Positions 8,829 to 17,117 of a stretch of 53,808 nt of DNA are shown here, one piece after another. Origin of the DNA: a virus (lineage: Duplodnaviria; Caudoviricetes); IMG/VR virus record IMGVR_UViG_3300027522_000002, positions 1 through 53,808 of that record. The stretch is one strand, 5' to 3'. The notes beneath the pieces are model-generated. The model did not search any database. It was given only the letters and a program-made list of their open reading frames with translations, and was not told the DNA's origin. Both the position numbers and the translations under genes were made by a program. Every line of letters begins with the position of its first letter. Position 1 is the stretch's first letter.

Positions 8829-11800
8829 GCTGCAGGTGTCGCTGCGGTGTAAGTCCTTCTATCGATGACTTTCCTGCGTTGGCCGGGGCCAGTGTCCCCT
8901 GGACGTATAGTTTGTCCGGTGTAGGGTCGAGTACTTGCTCCTGCCCGTAGACGATATGACTCCTCAATCTTAACACAAGTAGGTCCGTTTGGCCCATCCA
9001 CAAGCTCGTAACCCTCTGGGCATTCCATTGTAGGATCACCCGCCACATTCGTGCCAAGAACAGGAGCAACGCCGTCACCGCCATCCGATGGAAGACCAAC
9101 CGTTACGCCGTCATCCGTTGTAGTGAATGTTGGGATGCTAGGATCGTCACCGCCATCGTCGCCAAACACCTCTGGAGGAACGTATGCGGTATTAAACGGA
9201 ACAAACGGCCTGTTTGTTTTTTTCTCAACAGGGACTTCAACTGCAACAGGGACTTCCTGATTAGTTAGCAATGGTGGGTTCTCAACTACCGTCTTCATAG
9301 TTGACGCTGGCTCCTCCTCAGTAATCACTACCTCTTCCGTAGGCACCGCCACGTCTACGGTTTTAGCAACAGTGGGTAACTGATCTTCCACAATGACCTC
9401 TGTTCCCGTTTGGTTAGAAGCGTCGAGCATATCTGCTTTAGCTTCGGACAAAGCCACATCGGTTCCCGTCTCCGGAACATCAACTTCCACAAAATCTGTT
9501 TGCAGGTCGTTGTCTACTACCGTGCCTTCATCAATCTGGCTCTTCCCGTCTCCAACAATGCCTCTAAGATACTTAGCCGAGTCCGACAAAGCTGCATCGT
9601 AGGAAGGCGTTGCTTGAATTTCACTAACCTCTGGAGCATCCACCTCAACAAACGTGTCATCAATCGGAGTCTCAAGGTCCAAAGCTAGTTGCTCTTCGAC
9701 AGGTACTTCAACTGCGAACTGATCCGCAACGTCCGTAATCGAAGGCTGAACACCAAGCATGTCAGAACGGCGAGTATCAATCGGCTGATCCGTAGTACTC
9801 ACCATGGGCGCAGTCATGTCCGCCGGAGCAACCATCTTTGGGGTGTCGTACATAGCCGCAAGGTCTGCAATCGAAGGTTTAAGAGGAGCAACGTTGTTAA
9901 CAGTTACAGAGCCGTCCGCTTCCGGTGCACTAAGTTTTGGAGCAACAGCGTTGTCATACGCTGCATTCCCCGCTGCTTCCGCAGCCATCGCATCCCCAGT
10001 TTCCGTTAATGTCTGATTGTATGCCGCCTCTTGGGCCGCTATCGCGTCATAGTTCTCTTGAGCTTGAAGATTAGAAACCTCGGTTGTAACACTCGGAGCC
10101 TCTGTTCCCGTGATGATGTCCTCCGCAACGTTAGATCCGCGTGACCCATCGTCAGGTCCTTTTCTTTCCGCTGCCATGGGCGCAAGTTCAATGCCGCTCA
10201 TGGACGAAAGAAGCTGGGCGTCTGCGGTTGCTTTAGCATTTTCCGCTGCTGAAATTCTATCTACTGCCTGTCGTTTAGCCGTGGCAGTGTTGATGTCCTC
10301 CTCCAAGAATAAATCCAGCGCAGTCTGACCGTCCAGACTTTCGTTGGCGTTGGCCTGATCGATAACGTCCGTTGCCATTTCTTCTGACAACATAGCGTTG
10401 ATCTCGGCAAGAGTCTCCGCGTTAATGCTGCCTGTCGTTGCAACCTCGTCACTGGCGATTAAACCAAGCATATCCGCTTTGTTACGCTCTGCTTCTTTGG
10501 ACACCTTGGTGGCAACCTCAATCGCATCGGTCATAGGGAGCTCTAGTTTCGAGGCCAACTCAGCAATGTTACCTGTTGTGGCAGACTGCTCAAACGCTGC
10601 ATCGTCCAAAATCATCTCAGATAGCAACGCTGCGCTGTCATCCTTAGACTTCTGCAATAACTCCTGCTCCATCAAGGTCGTTTGGTCCGCAACCTGCGTG
10701 TTGTTGTCCGTCCGAGGGGTTACAATAGGGCCTGATTGGAACTTAGTAGGATCGTTAATAGTGCCATCAACCGTGTTGTTATATGCAGTATCAACCGTTG
10801 AACTCGCAAGCTGACCAGCAGTAGGACTCAACAAAGGATCTAATACCTGACCGTACATCGTTCCGGGCTCTTGGTTGGTCAAAGGACCACCTTCTGTTAC
10901 AGTCCCAGATCCGTCTCTCCTCGCGCCCGAAGTATTTGCACCCGAAGCAAGAGTCCCCCCAAATGCACCAAGAGCAGCACCTGTGATTGCTCCTTCCTTA
11001 TCAATATCGAGAGTAGGGACTATATTTTGTCCGCCACCCGCGAGAGCAGAAGCAACAAGAGAGGGTTCTCCGACCCCTTCACTCAAACCTCCTTCTAACA
11101 TAGTAGCACCAAGTTTTGATTTAAATCCCGGTAAGAATTTGCTGCCGAGGCCATAGGTTAAACCTTCAACTACACCCATACCAGCCGCGTAAGGCGTGAT
11201 CGTTTGAACATAATCAGTTACCAACTGACGCTGTTGATCTTTACTAATAGGACCATATTCTCCTTTAGCGATCCTTGCGTCCATCCTGTTTTCAATTTCA
11301 GAAGTAAGTTCCCCTGTGGTCATCGTTGCACCAAGAGCCGCACCCGCAACAGGATTAGCCACCGAAGTTGCGACAATCCCCGCAACAGTAGGAGCACCAT
11401 ACACGATTTCCGAAAAGAGGGCCTCCATATCCGGACCAAGTTTCCCAGTTCCAAGTATATCTCTGTCTTTGGCGGCTTTAGCGCGTGTACCTGTAAGGTT
11501 GCCAAGAGTGCGGTCTTTCAATCGGCCAAGAGTGTCTGCAACTCCCCCGACCTTGTTAGCAAATTGGTTTTCCGTTCCCGCAACCATGCCCCGTCTGTTT
11601 GGATCCGCGCCCAACGCCTTGGCAAAGCCCATGTCAATCTCAGGAATAATATTCCCGCTAGAATCTAACTGATCAAGGCCAATCGATGAGTCGCCAAACT
11701 TGTACTGATCCGCCGGATCAAAGTACTTAATTCCCTTTTCAACACCACGTCCAATTAACTCGGCACCTTGCAGAAAACCCGCGCCTAATAATCCACCGTA

Positions 11801-13084
11801 CCCAGTGCCCTGATCGGCATCATTACGACCAAGAGGGAATGTAAGGTCCGGCATTGCTCTAGGGCCAAGTTGAGCGTTTGGATCAGTGTTAAATACTGAT
11901 GGAAACTCCGCTCCAGGGAACATGTCCCGATATGAAACAGGCTCCGGCGCGTTACTTGTCTCCGTGAAATCTGTTGCGTTGGGATTCTTTCCTTGTCTCT
12001 CCAACTCTGCCAACTCAAGCATGGTCAATGCATCGCTGGCAACACCACTATTTTGAGCCATCTGAACGCCGCCAGCGTCAAGAGCAGCTAACTTAGCCTC
12101 AAACTCCTCGGGAGTGGAAGTCGCGGTCCGGAAATCATAGCCCCCCCTATCAGGAACAGGAGAAGGGATGTTATTACCGGGAGCAAGGCGATCTCCAATA
12201 CCAAAGTCTAATTGAGTAATGCCCCCTGATGTAGGGGTGTAATTTACCGCTGAACGATCCCCAAGGGCCTCAACAACGTTGCCGCGACCACCCCCCACAG
12301 AGGGAACGCGATTTGGATCCAAGAAAGGATCTCCGCCGCCCAATGTAGGAGTGTAATCAACAGGACGAGTTCCAACGTCAATAGGATCAAATAAGTTGGC
12401 CTGCGGATCACCCGTCATAGTAGGTGCCGCCGCAGGACGAAGCTGCGGACGTAAACTTGTAGCAGGAGCCGCAGGAGCAACAGGAGCGTAGTCCGTAGTA
12501 TAACTCTTGCCCTGATAATCAAACGTCTTCCCTGGGCCACCAGACTTACGAGCCGCCGAAAACGCATCGCCAAACGAACCAGAGCTGTCTGAACCGCCAG
12601 TGAACCCCGTGATCTGAGGAGTGTAGTTGTTATTTCCCTGCTGTGCCGCGTAGGAAGGACTACTGCCAAAACTGCCCGTTTTTAAAAAATTACCAATGCT
12701 GCCGTCAGTAGAAGAAGACTTAGAACCCGCGTAACGACTACCCTCGTTTAACGAAATCTGCGCGATTCTGTTCTTAGTTTTGTTGTCCGAACCACCAGCC
12801 GAAGTAACATCCTGCCCCAAACCAGCGTTCTTGTTTGCCCCAGTGTACGTCCGAGTAAGCATCTCACTGCCGTTCTCGTTCGTGCCGTGCGACTTCCACT
12901 CAAACCCGTCACCAGCATACTGACCAGTTGACGAAACAGAACCAACGTTCTTTGTCGGAGATCCTTTGCTTAAATTACCAGTAGACTTCTTCTGTTTCTT
13001 ATCATCCCCGCCGCCGCCAGAACCGCCGCCATCAGAATCAAACACCGGAGTCTTGTGGCGCAATGGCCCAAATAAATTGATCAT
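8825..13084 (-). CDS. Giant acidic low-complexity protein (1419 aa), probable internal virion/ejection protein
   Basis: Gly/Lys-rich N-terminus, central Gly/Ala hydrophobic segments, acidic tail, CPEGY...C motif; ATGA-coupled on both sides. Confidence 0.6.
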   Translation of the reverse strand: MINLFGPLRHKTPVFDSDGGGSGGGGDDKKQKKSTGNLSKGSPTKNVGSVSSTGQYAGDGFEWKSHGTNENGSEMLTRTYTGANKNAGLGQDVTSAGGSDNKTKNRIAQISLNEGSRYAGSKSSSTDGSIGNFLKTGSFGSSPSYAAQQGNNNYTPQITGFTGGSDSSGSFGDAFSAARKSGGPGKTFDYQGKSYTTDYAPVAPAAPATSLRPQLRPAAAPTMTGDPQANLFDPIDVGTRPVDYTPTLGGGDPFLDPNRVPSVGGGRGNVVEALGDRSAVNYTPTSGGITQLDFGIGDRLAPGNNIPSPVPDRGGYDFRTATSTPEEFEAKLAALDAGGVQMAQNSGVASDALTMLELAELERQGKNPNATDFTETSNAPEPVSYRDMFPGAEFPSVFNTDPNAQLGPRAMPDLTFPLGRNDADQGTGYGGLLGAGFLQGAELIGRGVEKGIKYFDPADQYKFGDSSIGLDQLDSSGNIIPEIDMGFAKALGADPNRRGMVAGTENQFANKVGGVADTLGRLKDRTLGNLTGTRAKAAKDRDILGTGKLGPDMEALFSEIVYGAPTVAGIVATSVANPVAGAALGATMTTGELTSEIENRMDARIAKGEYGPISKDQQRQLVTDYVQTITPYAAGMGVVEGLTYGLGSKFLPGFKSKLGATMLEGGLSEGVGEPSLVASALAGGGQNIVPTLDIDKEGAITGAALGAFGGTLASGANTSGARRDGSGTVTEGGPLTNQEPGTMYGQVLDPLLSPTAGQLASSTVDTAYNNTVDGTINDPTKFQSGPIVTPRTDNNTQVADQTTLMEQELLQKSKDDSAALLSEMILDDAAFEQSATTGNIAELASKLELPMTDAIEVATKVSKEAERNKADMLGLIASDEVATTGSINAETLAEINAMLSEEMATDVIDQANANESLDGQTALDLFLEEDINTATAKRQAVDRISAAENAKATADAQLLSSMSGIELAPMAAERKGPDDGSRGSNVAEDIITGTEAPSVTTEVSNLQAQENYDAIAAQEAAYNQTLTETGDAMAAEAAGNAAYDNAVAPKLSAPEADGSVTVNNVAPLKPSIADLAAMYDTPKMVAPADMTAPMVSTTDQPIDTRRSDMLGVQPSITDVADQFAVEVPVEEQLALDLETPIDDTFVEVDAPEVSEIQATPSYDAALSDSAKYLRGIVGDGKSQIDEGTVVDNDLQTDFVEVDVPETGTDVALSEAKADMLDASNQTGTEVIVEDQLPTVAKTVDVAVPTEEVVITEEEPASTMKTVVENPPLLTNQEVPVAVEVPVEKKTNRPFVPFNTAYVPPEVFGDDGGDDPSIPTFTTTDDGVTVGLPSDGGDGVAPVLGTNVAGDPTMECPEGYELVDGPNGPTCVKIEESYRLRAGASTRPYTGQTIRPGDTGPGQRRKVIDRRTYTAATPAA

Positions 13085-13494
13085 GCTACTTTCCTATGCC
13101 ATTTTTCGTCGCGCCGACTTCCGTCAGGATATAACCGTAATCCCTCCGCAGTGGCAATTTCTGGGTGATTATCCCACATAAACTGCTGAATGTCTCGTAT
13201 AAACCGTATTACCTGACGCCTGCCAGCCCTACACTGGAACTTCGGGAAGTACAAAATTCCCTCCTTCCTAGAGAAAACCTCGTCGCCAACCCACAAATCA
13301 GTGTCAATCTCCTCGCGGGTGAAAAACCCCCAAGTGCAATAACCAACAACCTCGCCACCATCACGATGAATAAAACAACGGTCATGACGTAACGCCGATA
13401 GTATCGAGTTCCGAGCACCGCCAATCGTCCGATCCTCGTAATAATCATCCTCCAAAACCAAAGTCATAACCCGACCCAGAAGATCATAGCTCAT
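13081..13494 (-). CDS. HlyC/TAAT-like (RTX toxin-activating) acyltransferase homolog
   Basis: LLGRV..L ... ILSALR ... VVGYCTW aligns without gaps to HlyC VLGHV..L ... VLPAIR ... PVAYCSW (HlyC recalled from memory). Confidence 0.65.
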   Translation of the reverse strand: MSYDLLGRVMTLVLEDDYYEDRTIGGARNSILSALRHDRCFIHRDGGEVVGYCTWGFFTREEIDTDLWVGDEVFSRKEGILYFPKFQCRAGRRQVIRFIRDIQQFMWDNHPEIATAEGLRLYPDGSRRDEKWHRKVA

Positions 13495-14186
13495 CCTTTT
13501 AAACTCCCAATGCCGCCCGGTGTGGAATACTTCTGTATCATGTCAGCATTAGGTAACGCCGTAGCAAGGCCACCGCTTAAAGGACTCATCTGACCACCCC
13601 GCTGAAAAGTGCCCGGAGGTGTAAGGCCCTTGGGCCGAGGAGCACTCGGCCTGCTCAACAACTTTCGTGCCGCCGCCATCAATCCACCGTCCTTCTCCGC
13701 AACCTGCGGAGTCAACTGCATACTGTCACGAGCCATGCGCTGTAAATCCTGCTGCTCCGCAGGTAACTGCTTACTAGGGATCTTCGAGGCATAATCCGAT
13801 AACCGTGTGCCATTGGAATCAGACGGATTATACTCCCCGTCAGTCTCAATAAACTTCTTCATTCCAGACTTGCCGCCTAAATGAGCCATTGCTAACATCG
13901 CCTCGGGAGAAATAATAACCCCGCCAACCTGCTGACCTATGTACTCATCTAAACCCTGATCAGCAACATACGATAAAATATCGTCCTCATGCCAACCCTG
14001 TACCTCTTCCTGTAATGCAGGGCTGTTCTGAAACTGAGACATGGAAAACTTCTTGCCTGTAGATGACATGAAGTCCGTTAAACGATCCGCACCAAACTGA
14101 TACTTCCCAACAAAACCCTCGTCATTACGAGCAGAGTAATCACCCCCACTCTCAAACTCAGCTAAACGTTCTCTAAAATTAGACAT
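13491..14186 (-). CDS. Lysozyme-fold peptidoglycan hydrolase / lytic transglycosylase, probably virion-associated
   Basis: ESGG.Y...N..G..GKYQF and AHLGG motifs; low-complexity C-terminus. Confidence 0.75.
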   Translation of the reverse strand: MSNFRERLAEFESGGDYSARNDEGFVGKYQFGADRLTDFMSSTGKKFSMSQFQNSPALQEEVQGWHEDDILSYVADQGLDEYIGQQVGGVIISPEAMLAMAHLGGKSGMKKFIETDGEYNPSDSNGTRLSDYASKIPSKQLPAEQQDLQRMARDSMQLTPQVAEKDGGLMAAARKLLSRPSAPRPKGLTPPGTFQRGGQMSPLSGGLATALPNADMIQKYSTPGGIGSLKG

Positions 14187-14338
14187 TCAATGATGCTCCG
14201 TGGCTCTCGGTCCTCTATACAACATTCCCGAATGAAATTACACCCACGATTTTTCTTGGGCCTTGGAGCTTGGGCACTGGGAACAAGTGGCAATGGAATT
14301 ATACTCAAATGATTTTACGACACCAACTAAACAGGCGC

Positions 14339-14378
14339 GGGGGGCGCGAGTAGGGGGGCCAAATAAGGGGGGTGGGGG
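14339..14378 (+). other. Four G-tracts (G6-N8-G6-N8-G6-N1-G5), G-quadruplex-capable; candidate genome-end/packaging site
   Basis: Tracts read directly; located in the divergent intergenic region between late and early genes. Confidence 0.55.
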
Positions 14379-14478
14379 TCGCGAACCGGTGCGATATCGA
14401 GCGCGATCCGGCGCAGTTACCCCCGTCCTTGGCGCTGCACTGCAGCATGGTCGCTGCATCGCGGCATAGATTGCCTGT

Positions 14479-14510
14479 GATCCGGTGCGATCCGGTGCGA
14501 TCCGGTGCGA
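14479..14510. repeat. 10-bp tandem repeat GATCCGGTGC x3.2
   Basis: Read directly; degenerate copies near 14382 and 14405. Confidence 0.9.
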
Positions 14511-14525
14511 AATAAAATGGTATGG

Positions 14526-14579
14526 CATGCAATTAATTGTATTTTACCTGTTGACTATATTAATTGCATGGACCATAAA
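14526..14579 (+). promoter_or_regulatory. Early promoter (TTGACT-17-CATAAA) overlapped by a 12-bp inverted repeat
   Basis: CATGCAATTAAT (14526-14537) and ATTAATTGCATG (14559-14570) flank the -35 at 14551. Confidence 0.6.
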
Positions 14580-14628
14580 GAATTTATGGAAGCAATAAAG
14601 CTTCCATTCAATTAAGGAAGTTTCAACC

Positions 14629-14853
14629 ATGAATATCAAAGATCAAATCGAAAAGATCGAGGCAAAGATCACCAAGCTTAACGCTCAAAAGGCCGCGCTT
14701 CGGTCCGAGGCCGTCGAGACCGGATTTGCCGAATATGTTGTTACCGTCCGGACACTGGCCCCGAACCTCACATGGTGGAAAGAGAACCGCCCCACAGTCT
14801 GGCAGCGGTACGCAAAAGAGTCCAAGGTCAATAAGTTTACTTGGATCGGCTAG
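14629..14853 (+). CDS. Early hypothetical protein
   Basis: SD AAGGA and shared leader motif; coiled-coil N-terminus. Confidence 0.75.
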   Translation: MNIKDQIEKIEAKITKLNAQKAALRSEAVETGFAEYVVTVRTLAPNLTWWKENRPTVWQRYAKESKVNKFTWIG

Positions 14854-14857
14854 AGCT

Positions 14858-14895
14858 CATCTGCATCGCCCCCCGAGCGGGGGGCGATCGAGATG
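14858..14895 (+). other. Long GC hairpin without U-tail (possible mRNA processing site)
   Basis: ATCGCCCCCC-GAGC-GGGGGGCGAT, extended by CATCT/AGATG. Confidence 0.55.
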
Positions 14896-14928
14896 GACTT
14901 TCCCATCATTCAACTAAGAGGACTTAAT

Positions 14929-15156
14929 ATGTCAGTTCAACTACCCCCGCCCCCCGCTTCGATCACTCTTACCCCCGCGCTAAAAGAGGCCGGAGACAAG
15001 GCCGACCTACTGGCTAAGGTCGATCGGTCAAAGAGCACCGGAAACCGGATCAAGTTTCAACTTGAGTTTATGTTTATGATGCTGGCCGCAGATCGGCAGA
15101 AAGAGGCCGGACAAGCCTATGATCGGATCATAGCAATGCTGGACGATCTTGCTTAA
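14929..15156 (+). CDS. Early hypothetical protein
   Basis: Start moved to ATG 14929 after the AGAGG SD. Confidence 0.7.
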   Translation: MSVQLPPPPASITLTPALKEAGDKADLLAKVDRSKSTGNRIKFQLEFMFMMLAADRQKEAGQAYDRIIAMLDDLA

Positions 15157-15199
15157 CTTAACGCGGGGGCTTGGCCCCCGCACCACCGGAGGAAATACA

Positions 15200-15382
15200 A
15201 TGAACGACAACATCAAAAGCTTTAAAGATATCGACATCGATGGAACTAATACATATCGCACCCTGCTATCTGTTCTTAATGAAGCGGCATATGCGGCATA
15301 TCGCAAAGCACCACCGGAGGACCGCGATGTCTTGATAAGTATGCTCAAGACAACAGACCGTCTTGTTGACGATCTAGACTAA
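15200..15382 (+). CDS. Early hypothetical protein
   Basis: GGAGG SD before ATG 15200. Confidence 0.7.
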   Translation: MNDNIKSFKDIDIDGTNTYRTLLSVLNEAAYAAYRKAPPEDRDVLISMLKTTDRLVDDLD

Positions 15383-15386
15383 GAAC

Positions 15387-15414
15387 TTGTGCTCCGGTCA
15401 CAGTCTGCTATGAT
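15387..15414 (+). promoter_or_regulatory. Sigma70-type promoter TTGTGC-16-TATGAT with extended -10
   Basis: Same architecture as 16352-16379. Confidence 0.6.
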
Positions 15415-15451
15415 CGGGGCACTATCAACTTTCAATTAAACGGAGGCTAAC

Positions 15452-15754
15452 ATGCCAAGAACTACATTCGGAAAGACCCGCCCACAGGATAACCCTTACG
15501 CGACCTATACGAACGCCCAAGGTTGGACTTGGAAAGTTTTAAAAACCTATAAGCATTCGAGCTCGGAGGATAATTATTCTCGGTGGTTTGTGGCGGCGAC
15601 ATCGCCCATGATGCATGGCGGGGCATACGAGCTCGGAGATACCTACGCCCATGATATCAAGAACTATGGCACTCTGATCCAAGGCGACCCGCTCTGGATC
15701 GAGCAATACCATAAAGCTTTTGACCTCGACGACCACAACAAAAACCAAGCGTGA
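15452..15754 (+). CDS. Early hypothetical protein
   Basis: GGAGG SD; globular-looking sequence (WKVLKTY, RWFVAATSP, ELGDTY). Confidence 0.8.
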   Translation: MPRTTFGKTRPQDNPYATYTNAQGWTWKVLKTYKHSSSEDNYSRWFVAATSPMMHGGAYELGDTYAHDIKNYGTLIQGDPLWIEQYHKAFDLDDHNKNQA

Positions 15755-15837
15755 CAGCAAGGGCCCCCGCGTGGGGCCCTAAGACCCCCGCCCATGCGCT
15801 CCAATATATTGGGTTTCCGCGCATGGGCTTTCCGCTT

Positions 15838-15910
15838 GGCCGCAGGCCGCAGTGCAACGGGGCCGCAGGCCGCAGAGACGGGGCCGCAGGGCCGCGCAGC
15901 AAGGCCGCAG
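15838..15910 (+). repeat. GGCCGCAG cluster 1 (6 exact copies, 1 variant)
   Basis: Copies at 15838, 15845, 15861, 15868, 15882, 15903. Confidence 0.95.
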
Positions 15911-15933
15911 GGATCTGACTTGTGTTTAACTTG

Positions 15934-15962
15934 TTGACCTGGACCAAGTCTTTTGATATTCT
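15934..15962 (+). promoter_or_regulatory. Sigma70-type promoter TTGACC-17-TATTCT
   Basis: Near-consensus hexamers upstream of the ORF at 16003. Confidence 0.65.
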
Positions 15963-16002
15963 GATCTTGCCAATCAAGGCATTCAACTAGAGGAAACGAA
16001 CC

Positions 16003-16206
16003 ATGCGTAAATCTTATGTCAACGAAACATCGATGACGGTCCAGCTTGTGATCGAGCTCGATGAGGTCCAAGGTCTGATCGAGATCATAACCAAGATCGA
16101 GGATCCGGACCACCGAGCCAAAGGTATATTGACCAGCCTCAAGACCGTCAAACGAGAGGCGGCGATCGAGGCGCACCGAACGTTCGAACACATGATGAAC
16201 GAGTAA
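16003..16206 (+). CDS. Early hypothetical protein
   Basis: GAGGA SD, own promoter, hairpin after the stop. Confidence 0.75.
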   Translation: MRKSYVNETSMTVQLVIELDEVQGLIEIITKIEDPDHRAKGILTSLKTVKREAAIEAHRTFEHMMNE

Positions 16207-16295
16207 GAACGGGGGCCCTGCGGGGCCCCTTACTACATCCGAGCCCCCGCGCTGCTGCTGCGCTGGCGATCGATACAATATAAAGAATAAGACGG

Positions 16296-16327
16296 GGCCG
16301 CAGGGCCGCAGAGTAACAAGGCCGCAG
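16296..16327 (+). repeat. GGCCGCAG cluster 2 (3 copies)
   Basis: Copies at 16296, 16304, 16320. Confidence 0.95.
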
Positions 16328-16351
16328 AGATTTATCTTTTGAAAAAAAGAC

Positions 16352-16379
16352 TTGTGCGCCGCTTGTGTCCTGCTATTAT
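16352..16379 (+). promoter_or_regulatory. Sigma70-type promoter TTGTGC-16-TATTAT with extended -10
   Basis: Matches 15387-15414; A/T tract upstream. Confidence 0.6.
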
Positions 16380-16415
16380 GTAGTAGTTAACTTTCAACTA
16401 AGAGGATTTATACTA

Positions 16416-17111
16416 ATGAAAAGCGGAGTCATATACAAAGGGCCAAGCCTATTGGATGGCAAGCCTATAATCGCGATCGCAACATGGTCCAATCGCAACA
16501 CAAAAACGGGCGCGGTGGTCCAGACTTACATCTTGTGCGATGATGGAATTAATCCATTGGAAGCAAGCAAGACGGGCGCGGATGTTAGCATTTGCGGCGA
16601 CTGTCCTATGCGCGGAGAAGTAACAACGGATCCGGTGCGCAAACAAGCAAAGGCGCGGCGCTGCTACGTTAACCTAGGGCAAGGCGTCCTGATCGTTTGG
16701 AAAGCAAATCAGCGCGGAGTGTATCCAATGGCAAACACAAACGAGGCGCGGCGGACACTAGGGCGCGGCCGCTTTGTAAGGGTTGGCACGTATGGGGATC
16801 CAAGCGCGGTGCCTGATTTTGTTTGGACGCAATTACTTGCCGAGGCGGACACGTTCACAGCCTACACACATTCCAGCGGATGGAATCCAGAAATTGCCAT
16901 GCAAAGCGCGGACAACAAGGCGCAAGCAATCGCCCATTGGAAAGCAGGACGGCGCACCTTTCGAGTCATCGCGGACCTTGGGGAATTAGACAAGGTAAAC
17001 GAGGCCCTGTGTCCTGCGTCAAAAGAGGCCGGACGCCGCGTCCAGTGTACCGCCTGCAAATTATGCAAGGGATCCAGCAAGGGGAAATCTATCGCAATTG
17101 TAGAGCACTAG
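16416..17111 (+). CDS. Cys-rich putative Fe-S protein (DUF7227/gp88-like, radical-SAM-like)
   Basis: NTKTG, CGDCP...CYV, RVGTYGDP, YTH, C-terminal CPA...CxxCxxC. Confidence 0.6.
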   Translation: MKSGVIYKGPSLLDGKPIIAIATWSNRNTKTGAVVQTYILCDDGINPLEASKTGADVSICGDCPMRGEVTTDPVRKQAKARRCYVNLGQGVLIVWKANQRGVYPMANTNEARRTLGRGRFVRVGTYGDPSAVPDFVWTQLLAEADTFTAYTHSSGWNPEIAMQSADNKAQAIAHWKAGRRTFRVIADLGELDKVNEALCPASKEAGRRVQCTACKLCKGSSKGKSIAIVEH

Positions 17112-17117
17112 CCGCAA

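Noticed and set aside
8825-13084. Giant protein as a true RTX toxin or tape measure protein
   Set aside because: No GGxGxDxUx repeat array and no T1SS genes; no periodic tape-measure repeats and no tail tube or sheath genes.
14238-14532. Short ORFs in the divergent intergenic region
   Set aside because: They translate G-tracts and tandem repeats and lack an SD.
15657-16278. Minus-strand ORFs of 109 and 204 aa (and plus ORF 16823-17275)
   Set aside because: They run through GC-rich repeats that lack stops, give low-complexity translations and conflict with well-signalled genes.
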